Source: Serratia ureilytica (GTDB taxonomy: Bacteria; Pseudomonadota; Gammaproteobacteria; Enterobacterales; Enterobacteriaceae). From it: a DNA stretch of 24,000 bases. Of the stretch, positions 17,946-24,000 are shown one piece after another. The number at the start of each line of letters is the position of its first letter. The first letter of the stretch is position 1. The stretch covers positions 189,751-213,750 of the forward strand of contig NZ_JABXOF010000008.1 of NCBI RefSeq assembly GCF_013375155.1. Reading direction: 5' to 3'. The position numbers and the translations under genes were made by a program. Under the pieces are notes generated by a model. It did not search any database. It saw only the letters and a list, made by a program, of their open reading frames with translations, and had not been told where the DNA came from.

Positions 17946-19273
17946 TCTTCCGTCAGCGCCAGATGAAGGCGATCGGTCAGCGGTTTGAACAGGTAGTTCA
18001 TCATCGAACGCTCGCCGGTGCGGATGAAGCCTTCGACCGGCATCCCCGGGCGGATCTCCAACCCGTTCAGGCGTTGCAGCCCCGCTTCGCTGACCTTGGC
18101 GCGCACGCTGTAATAGGGCGCGCCGCTTTTCTCGTCGGTCAGGCGATCGGCCCCGACCAGCGTCACCTCGCCCTCGACGCGCGGCGTGGTGCTTTGGTTA
18201 AACGCCGAGAACAACAGCTCGACCGGCAATCCCACCTGCACCTTGTCGATCAACTCGACCGGGATACGCGCCTCCACCTGCAGCCCCCGATCGCTGGGCA
18301 CGATCTCCATCAGCTGCTGACCGGCGCCGATCACGCCGCCTTCGGTGAACACGCTCAGCCCCACCACGGTGCCCGCCACCGGCGCTTTCACCTGCGTATG
18401 GCCCAGATCGGCCTCCGCCTTGGCCAGGCGGTTATCCAGTTCGTCCAGCTTCATCCGCACCTCGGCCAGCTGGCTGCTGACCTCTTTCTGATACTCTTCC
18501 CGCCTCTGGATCGCCCGCAGCTTCAGCTCCAGGATCTGGCGCCCCAGGCGGCCGATATTGCCGGTATCCTCGGATGCCTGGCCGTCAATCTGCGCATACT
18601 GTCCTTCCAGATCCAACAGCCGGTTGCGCGCCACATACCCCTGCGCCGCCAGCTTGCGCATGCCGCCCAGCTGCTCCTGCAACATGGCCTTTTGCCGCTG
18701 TTTGCTGGCGTAAGACTGCCGGATCCCCTCCAGCATCGCCTGCGATCCGGCGATGCTCTCCGCGATCGCCGCCAGCTCGCTCTGCAACGCCGCACGGCGG
18801 CTGGTGAACAGCTGCTGTTGCAACAGCATCAACGACATCACCTCCGGCTCCTCCCGCCGCGCTTGCAGCAATGCCGGGAAAGCGATCGCCTGCAGGCCGT
18901 CGCGCTCGGCCTGCAGCCGCGCCCGCTGCGCGGCGTTGCTCAACTGCTGGCTGCGCAGCGCATCGCGCTGGGTGCGGCTGTCGACGGTATCCATCAGCAG
19001 CAGCACCTGCCCGGCGTGAACCCGGTCGCCTTCATGCACCTGAATTTGCGACACCACGCCGCCGCTCGGGTGCTGTACCGCCTTGCGGTTACCGGCCACC
19101 ACCACGCTGCCGGAGACCGGTACGCCTTTGTCCAGCGGCGCCAACAGCCCCCACAGCAGGAAACCGCCAAACCCCAACAGCACCAGCCAGCCGCCGAGCC
19201 GCAGATGGCGCCCTTCGTCGAACTGCCGGGAAAGGGCGTCGATATCGCCGGGGATCACACTCTGATTGCTCAT
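17942..19273 (-). CDS. hasE: HasE, type I secretion membrane fusion protein (HlyD family).
   Basis: The 443-aa protein has an N-terminal TM segment (LGGWLVLLGFGGFLLWGLLAPL), a lipoyl-like/beta-barrel region (GGVVSQIQVHEGDRVHAGQVLL) and a long coiled-coil middle, the HlyD-family layout. It overlaps the hasD stop (ATGA at 19270-19273). Confidence 0.95.
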   Translation of the reverse strand: MSNQSVIPGDIDALSRQFDEGRHLRLGGWLVLLGFGGFLLWGLLAPLDKGVPVSGSVVVAGNRKAVQHPSGGVVSQIQVHEGDRVHAGQVLLLMDTVDSRTQRDALRSQQLSNAAQRARLQAERDGLQAIAFPALLQARREEPEVMSLMLLQQQLFTSRRAALQSELAAIAESIAGSQAMLEGIRQSYASKQRQKAMLQEQLGGMRKLAAQGYVARNRLLDLEGQYAQIDGQASEDTGNIGRLGRQILELKLRAIQRREEYQKEVSSQLAEVRMKLDELDNRLAKAEADLGHTQVKAPVAGTVVGLSVFTEGGVIGAGQQLMEIVPSDRGLQVEARIPVELIDKVQVGLPVELLFSAFNQSTTPRVEGEVTLVGADRLTDEKSGAPYYSVRAKVSEAGLQRLNGLEIRPGMPVEGFIRTGERSMMNYLFKPLTDRLHLALTEE

Positions 19274-21018
19274 ACTTTTCGTTCACCGCTGGCCGTTTTG
19301 GCAAAGTTGGCGTAGTTGACGTTGAAGCCACCGCTGCTGCGGCCGACGTTGGCCGGTACGGCAGCGGGCGCAAAACCAGGCAACTTTTTCAGGATGGCGT
19401 CACTGGGGCCGAAGTGCTGCACCTGGCCAGCGGCCAGCACCAGCAATTTGTCGGTGGTCGCCAGGATCGCCGGTTTGTGAGTCACTAACACGATGGTGGT
19501 GCCGCGCGCCTTCAACGCTTCGATCGCCCGCTGCAGCGCCTCTTCCCCTTCACGATCGAGGTTGGCATTCGGTTCATCCAGCACTACCAACGCCGGAGAA
19601 CCGTACAGCGCGCGCGCCAGCGCCACGCGCTGACGCTGGCCGCCGGACAGGCCGCTGCCGCCCTCACCCAGCTCAGTTTCATACCCTTTGGGCAAATGCA
19701 GGATCAATTGGTGCACGCCGGCCAGCGCGGCGGCGGTCACCACCTTCTCGGCGTCAACCTGGCCAAAGCGGGCGATGTTTTCCGTCAGGGTACCGGCGAA
19801 CAGCTGGATATCCTGTGGCAAATAGCCGATATGCGGCCCCAGCTGCTGTTTATCCCACTGCCGGATATCCGCGCCGTCCAGCCGCACGTCGCCGCTGAGC
19901 GGCGTCAACGCGCCGACCAGTTGGCGCATCAGCAGCGTTTTGCCGGAGCCGGATGCGCCAATGACGCCCAGTACCTCACCGGCCTCCAGACGAAAACTGA
20001 CGCCGTGCAATACCGGTGCGCTCCCGCCGGGCGCGCTGGCGGCCAGCTGATTCACGGTCAAGGTGCCATTGGGGGCCGGCAGCGGCAGGCTCGCCGCCTG
20101 CGGCGGGTTGGCGGCCAGCATCACCTCCAGCCGCTGCAGGGACTGGCGCGCCGACGACCACTGCTTCCAGGCGCCGATCAGCTGATCGATCGGCCCCAGC
20201 ACCCTGCCGATCAGGATCGATCCGGCGATCATCATGCCCGGCGTAATGTCGCCGTTGACCGCCAGCAGCGCGCCGCAGCCCAACATCAGCGACTGCAGCG
20301 CCAGCCGCACGGTTTTCGACCAGGCGGTGACGGCGGCGATTTTCTCGCTGGCGCGGTTCTGCAACAGCAGGAACTGCTGATGCTGCCGCAACCAACGCAG
20401 GCGCAAGTCGGTCAGCATCCCCATGGCGGCAATGGATTCGGCGTTGCGCAGGTTGCCGTTGGCCTGCTGCGTGGCGCTCAGCGCGACCCGGCCGGCCTCT
20501 GCGAGCGGCGCCTGCGACACCCGCTGATTGAGCCAGGCCAGCAGCACCAGCACGATTACCCCGGCGCTGGCCAACGCGCCAAGCCAGGGGTGGAGCAGAA
20601 ACACCACCAGCAGATAAACCGGGAACCAGGGCGCATCGAAGAACGCAAACAGCGCATTGCCGGTGGCGAACTGGCGCAGGTTGGTCAGATCGTTCAGCGC
20701 CTGTCCCGCCAGCGGGTTGCCGGTTTTCAGATTGGTTTCGAAGGCGGCGTCGTAGACCCGCTGATTCAGGCGCATATCCATCTGGGCGCCGAGGCGGATC
20801 ACCACCTGACTGCGGACCCACTCCAGCAGCCCCATAAACAGGTAAAGGCCGACCACCATCAGGGTCAGCATCGCCAGCGTCATGCGGTTGCCCGACGGCA
20901 ACACGCGATCGTAGACCTGCAGCATGTACAGCGCCGGGGCCAGCATCTGCAGGTTGATCACCGCGGTAAACAGCGCGATGCCCCAAAATCCGCGCCGGTA
21001 TGCGGCCAGCACGCTCAT
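19270..21018 (-). CDS. hasD: HasD, type I secretion ABC transporter (permease/ATPase) for HasA.
   Basis: An N-terminal 6-TM domain (LFTAVINLQMLAPALYMLQVYDRVLPSGN) is followed by a C-terminal NBD. The NBD has Walker A GASGSGKT, signature LSGGQRQR and Walker B LVVLDEPN. I chose the start at ATG 21018 because it follows GGAGAAGTG (a good SD). In-frame ATGs at 21048 and 21060 lack an SD, and 21060 abuts the upstream terminator T-tract. Confidence 0.93.
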   Translation of the reverse strand: MSVLAAYRRGFWGIALFTAVINLQMLAPALYMLQVYDRVLPSGNRMTLAMLTLMVVGLYLFMGLLEWVRSQVVIRLGAQMDMRLNQRVYDAAFETNLKTGNPLAGQALNDLTNLRQFATGNALFAFFDAPWFPVYLLVVFLLHPWLGALASAGVIVLVLLAWLNQRVSQAPLAEAGRVALSATQQANGNLRNAESIAAMGMLTDLRLRWLRQHQQFLLLQNRASEKIAAVTAWSKTVRLALQSLMLGCGALLAVNGDITPGMMIAGSILIGRVLGPIDQLIGAWKQWSSARQSLQRLEVMLAANPPQAASLPLPAPNGTLTVNQLAASAPGGSAPVLHGVSFRLEAGEVLGVIGASGSGKTLLMRQLVGALTPLSGDVRLDGADIRQWDKQQLGPHIGYLPQDIQLFAGTLTENIARFGQVDAEKVVTAAALAGVHQLILHLPKGYETELGEGGSGLSGGQRQRVALARALYGSPALVVLDEPNANLDREGEEALQRAIEALKARGTTIVLVTHKPAILATTDKLLVLAAGQVQHFGPSDAILKKLPGFAPAAVPANVGRSSGGFNVNYANFAKTASGERKV

Positions 21019-21065
21019 CACTTCTCCGCGCCTGACGGCGTTTTTCATGGCGTTTTCCATCGGCT

Positions 21066-21108
21066 AAAAACGAGAAAATGCCCGCCGGGGCGCGCGGCGC
21101 CGGCGGGC
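21066..21108 (-). terminator. Intra-operon rho-independent terminator/attenuator between hasA and hasD.
   Basis: On the minus strand, GCCCGCCGG-(11 nt GC-rich loop)-CCGGCGGGC (21080-21108) is followed by ATTTTCTCGTTTTT (down to 21066). It lies 12 nt after the hasA stop and directly before hasD. Confidence 0.75.
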
Positions 21109-21120
21109 AAACGGCCGCGA

Positions 21121-21687
21121 TCAGGCCGCCAGCAGTTCCGGGCTGTCGGCATGCTGCACGCCCACCGCCGTCGCCGCCGCCACCTGATCGAAGGTGGAAT
21201 TGACGCTCAGGCCGTAGTCGTCGAGGATGCCGTTCAGCGCGGTTTCCAGCGCGCCGGTATCGCCGGACATCAGGCCGTACACCACCTGGTGCACCACGCC
21301 ATCGTGGCCCTGCGCCTGCAGGCTGCTGAGGTTCAGGCCGCCGAAGCTGACGTCAGGCACCTGGATGTTGTACGGCGTGGAGCCGCCGCCGTTCAGGCCG
21401 TCGCCGAACGACAGCGAATCCAGCTGGCCGTACAGGGTGTGCGCCGGGGCATTGAACAAGGTGTAGGTCAGGTTGCCGCCTGCCACGAACGAGGTAACGT
21501 TGTTGGCGGTGCTGGTCACGGCGTATTGGCTGCCGGACAGGCTGCCGCCATAGAAGCCGCCGCTGTTGGAGTCGGTGACGTTACCGTTGGTGTGGTTGAT
21601 ATCGCCAAATGACGACGCCCACTCGTTCAGATAGTTATGGATGCTGTAGCTGCCGAAGCTGCTGTCATAGTTGACTGAAAATGCCAT
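21121..21687 (-). CDS. hasA: HasA hemophore (secreted heme-binding protein, T1SS substrate).
   Basis: From ATG 21687 (GGAG RBS upstream) the 188-aa protein reads [49 protein letters not shown]...[26 protein letters not shown]...[14 protein letters not shown]. It matches S. marcescens HasA as remembered. The heme ligands His32 and Tyr75, together with His83, are present, as is the C-terminal secretion signal. The track start at 21741 is an unsupported extension. Confidence 0.98.
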   Translation of the reverse strand: MAFSVNYDSSFGSYSIHNYLNEWASSFGDINHTNGNVTDSNSGGFYGGSLSGSQYAVTSTANNVTSFVAGGNLTYTLFNAPAHTLYGQLDSLSFGDGLNGGGSTPYNIQVPDVSFGGLNLSSLQAQGHDGVVHQVVYGLMSGDTGALETALNGILDDYGLSVNSTFDQVAAATAVGVQHADSPELLAA

Positions 21688-21765
21688 TTCTCTATCTCCA
21701 TTGATGAATGGCGCCCCTTGCGAGGCCGCCCTTGTGCTCAAGAATGAGCAACGCCCTTTTACTGC

Positions 21766-24000
21766 TTAAAAACGGTATTCCACCCCGCCCTGCACGGTGC
21801 GGCCGCGCCCCAGCGTGTTGGCCAGCGTCTCGCCGTAGCTGACGACGTAGGCGCGGTTGGTCAGGTTCTCCACCGAGCCGCGCAGCGTCAGGCTGTCGGT
21901 CAGCTTGTAGCTGGCATACAGATCGAACAGGGTGTACTTCGGCCAGTCGGCCAGGTACGGGTAGTTGGACGGCACCGAACTGTCCTGATAGCCCGGCGCG
22001 AAGCGCACGGTCACCCCGGCGTCCAGCTTGCGATCGAAAGCGCGGCCGCCCAGCGTGACCGAGCCGCGATCGCCCGGCAGATAGGCGGCAGTGCCGAACT
22101 GCGAGCCCCCGTCGCACGTGACGGCATCATTGGACGCGGCATCCGGTTCAACATAGAAGTTGCCGCGGCGCGAACCGTCGCCATAGCGCAGGCGTCCTCC
22201 CAGCCAGGCTTTGTTCGAGCAGAACTCGTTTTTGCCGATCATGTGGGTGTAGGTCAGATCGGCGTAGAACACTCCGGCGTCATAGTTGAGCTGGTACTCC
22301 AGCCCGCGGAAGCGGGTTTTCGACAGGTTGTTGACGTAAGCGGCATTGCCGATGCTCGGCTGCACCAGCCCCGGTTTATTGCGGTCTATCGCCAGGTTGA
22401 TGTAGTTATCCACTTTGGTGTCGAAGTAGGCCACCTTGGCCACCAGCCGATCGCCCTCAAACCACAGATCCGGCTGCTGCACGTTGAACCCGACTTCCCA
22501 GGCGCGCGAGCGCTCGGGCTGCAGAAACGGGTTGGGGTATTGCGTGGAGGAGCCGTGCGCACTGCCGTTGGTCAGCGTTTCGGTGATCGCCGGCGGCCGC
22601 CAGGATTTGCCGTAGGTGGAATACAGCTCCAGCCACTCCACGCCGGGACGCACCGCCACCGCCAGCGTCGGCGACAGCTTGCCCTGATCGCGATCCACGT
22701 CCCAATCTTCGCGGGTGGTGGTTGAACAGCCGGTCAGACGCAGCGCTTTGCAAGGATTGTCAATCGTGTAGCGTTGCCCATCCTTGGCCAAATCCGGATA
22801 GCTCAGGCCGGTCTGGCCGCGCAGGCGATAGCGGTCGTAACGCAGCCCGCCCTCCAACGTCAGCCAGCCGTCGTAGTCGTAGGTCAGGTTGGCGAACAGG
22901 CTGGCGACCGAACGGTTGCCGGCCGGCGTCACCCCTTCCATGCCCTGACGAGAAGAGTCGCTGGTCGCCTTGTCGTAATAGAACTCCAACCCGTAGTTGG
23001 CGCGGAAGTCATGCCCCGGCGCCAGGCTGAAGCGCGAGGTGTTTTGCGCCTGCGCGCCATAGGTACGCAGCCGGGTACGCGTCGCGTAGCCGTTGTCCAG
23101 CAGCGAGCTGGTGCTGTAGGTGTCGCTGTCGTCCTGAGTATCGACGTAATACAGCTTGGCCTGAAAATCGAGCCAGTCGACGCCTTCCGGCGCCAGGCTG
23201 TAATCAAACGCCGCGTTGCGCGCCATCACGTCGCTGTAACCGGTGCGCTTCCAGCCCAGTTCATAGGGTGGGCGAGTGCCCAGGTTGGTCAGCGTGCCGG
23301 CGATCGGCGACGCAGTCTGGGTCTGCAGATAGCTCAGCTGCAGGCGCTGATTGGCGGGCAGATTCCAGCCCACCTTGGCCAGCCGCGAGTGCATGCGGTA
23401 ATTTGTGTCGGGGATTTTGTTGTTCTTGATGCTCTCGGCGTAGCGATCGTAATTGCCGGTGTCATTATTGATACGAATGTTACCGATATCGCCCTTGTTG
23501 CCGGGCCAATAGTCGCCGAGGTGGCGTTCGCTGGCGGCCAGCAGGATATCGCCGGTTTCGTTGCCCAATGCCAGTATGCTGCTGCCGATGAAGTGGGTGC
23601 CGTTATCGCCGGTGCTGGCGTGCAGCTTGCCGCCCAGCTCTTTGCCCGGCGCCAGGAAATCGCTCGCGCTGACGGTATTGAAGGTGGCGATGCCGCCGAG
23701 CGTGCCGGCGCTGCCCATGCCGCCGGTGGTGCCCTTGTCGATGGTCACGCCGGACAGCAGTTCGGAATCGATGTACATGGTGCCATTACGCTGGCCATGG
23801 CCGCTCTTTTGAAAATTCTGCCGCATGCCGTCGATGTTCATGTTCACCCGGCCATAGTCTTGTATGCCGCGGATGTTGACCGACAGCGCCGGATCTTGCT
23901 GGCTGACGCTGGAATAGGCCCCCGTAGTCTGCTCCAGAATATCGGCCGCGTGCCGCGCCGGGCGGTTGTCCATCTGTTCGCGGCTGATGACGCTGACCGA
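21766..24000 (-). CDS. hasR: HasR, TonB-dependent outer-membrane heme/hemophore receptor. The 5' end lies outside the window.
   Basis: The frame stays open past the Met at 23973 to the window edge (…SVSVISREQMDNRPARHAADILEQTTGAYS… is plug-domain sequence). The beta-barrel has a terminal ...GGVEYRF. FRAP/NPNL-like boxes flank a His (SWRPPAITETLTNGSAHGSSTQYPNPFL), as is typical of heme receptors. It lies directly upstream of hasA, as in the published has operon. Confidence 0.95.
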   Translation of the reverse strand, partial: SVSVISREQMDNRPARHAADILEQTTGAYSSVSQQDPALSVNIRGIQDYGRVNMNIDGMRQNFQKSGHGQRNGTMYIDSELLSGVTIDKGTTGGMGSAGTLGGIATFNTVSASDFLAPGKELGGKLHASTGDNGTHFIGSSILALGNETGDILLAASERHLGDYWPGNKGDIGNIRINNDTGNYDRYAESIKNNKIPDTNYRMHSRLAKVGWNLPANQRLQLSYLQTQTASPIAGTLTNLGTRPPYELGWKRTGYSDVMARNAAFDYSLAPEGVDWLDFQAKLYYVDTQDDSDTYSTSSLLDNGYATRTRLRTYGAQAQNTSRFSLAPGHDFRANYGLEFYYDKATSDSSRQGMEGVTPAGNRSVASLFANLTYDYDGWLTLEGGLRYDRYRLRGQTGLSYPDLAKDGQRYTIDNPCKALRLTGCSTTTREDWDVDRDQGKLSPTLAVAVRPGVEWLELYSTYGKSWRPPAITETLTNGSAHGSSTQYPNPFLQPERSRAWEVGFNVQQPDLWFEGDRLVAKVAYFDTKVDNYINLAIDRNKPGLVQPSIGNAAYVNNLSKTRFRGLEYQLNYDAGVFYADLTYTHMIGKNEFCSNKAWLGGRLRYGDGSRRGNFYVEPDAASNDAVTCDGGSQFGTAAYLPGDRGSVTLGGRAFDRKLDAGVTVRFAPGYQDSSVPSNYPYLADWPKYTLFDLYASYKLTDSLTLRGSVENLTNRAYVVSYGETLANTLGRGRTVQGGVEYRF

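Noticed and set aside
23971-23973. The Met at 23973, offered by the track as the hasR start.
   Set aside because: The frame remains open to the window edge, and the upstream codons encode plug-domain sequence (SVSVISREQ). The true start and signal peptide, and any N-terminal signalling extension, must lie beyond position 24000.

Overview
The window looks like a chromosomal segment from a high-GC enterobacterium, almost certainly Serratia (S. marcescens-like). The HasA hemophore and the hasR-hasA-hasD-hasE-hasB gene order are diagnostic for that assignment. The backbone is colinear with my memory of the E. coli K-12 region proY-brnQ-phoR-phoB / sbcD-sbcC / (araJ) / mak / rdgC / ppnP. Relative to that backbone I see five lineage-specific insertions:

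- A small putative lipoprotein gene plus a higBA toxin-antitoxin module, whose higB toxin gene is broken by a +1 frameshift in an A8 run.
- A PstS-family phosphate-binding protein gene placed directly after phoBR.
- An orphan BglG/LicT-family antiterminator gene lying where E. coli has araJ. Its RAT/terminator riboswitch-like leader has an unusually split RAT.
- A convergent Phd/YefM-VapC(PIN) toxin-antitoxin module directly abutting the antiterminator gene.
- The has hemophore heme-acquisition/type I secretion operon next to ppnP, with hasR truncated at the window edge.

I found no tRNA, rRNA, CRISPR array, transposase or integrase. Most long ORFs in the track that lie antisense or out of frame to these genes are high-GC shadow ORFs. 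I see nothing I can defend as a wholly undescribed multi-gene system. The most unusual items are the split RAT with its orphan antiterminator, the homopolymer-frameshifted higB, and the compact accessory islets. All homology statements come from recognising the translated sequences from memory, not from database searches.
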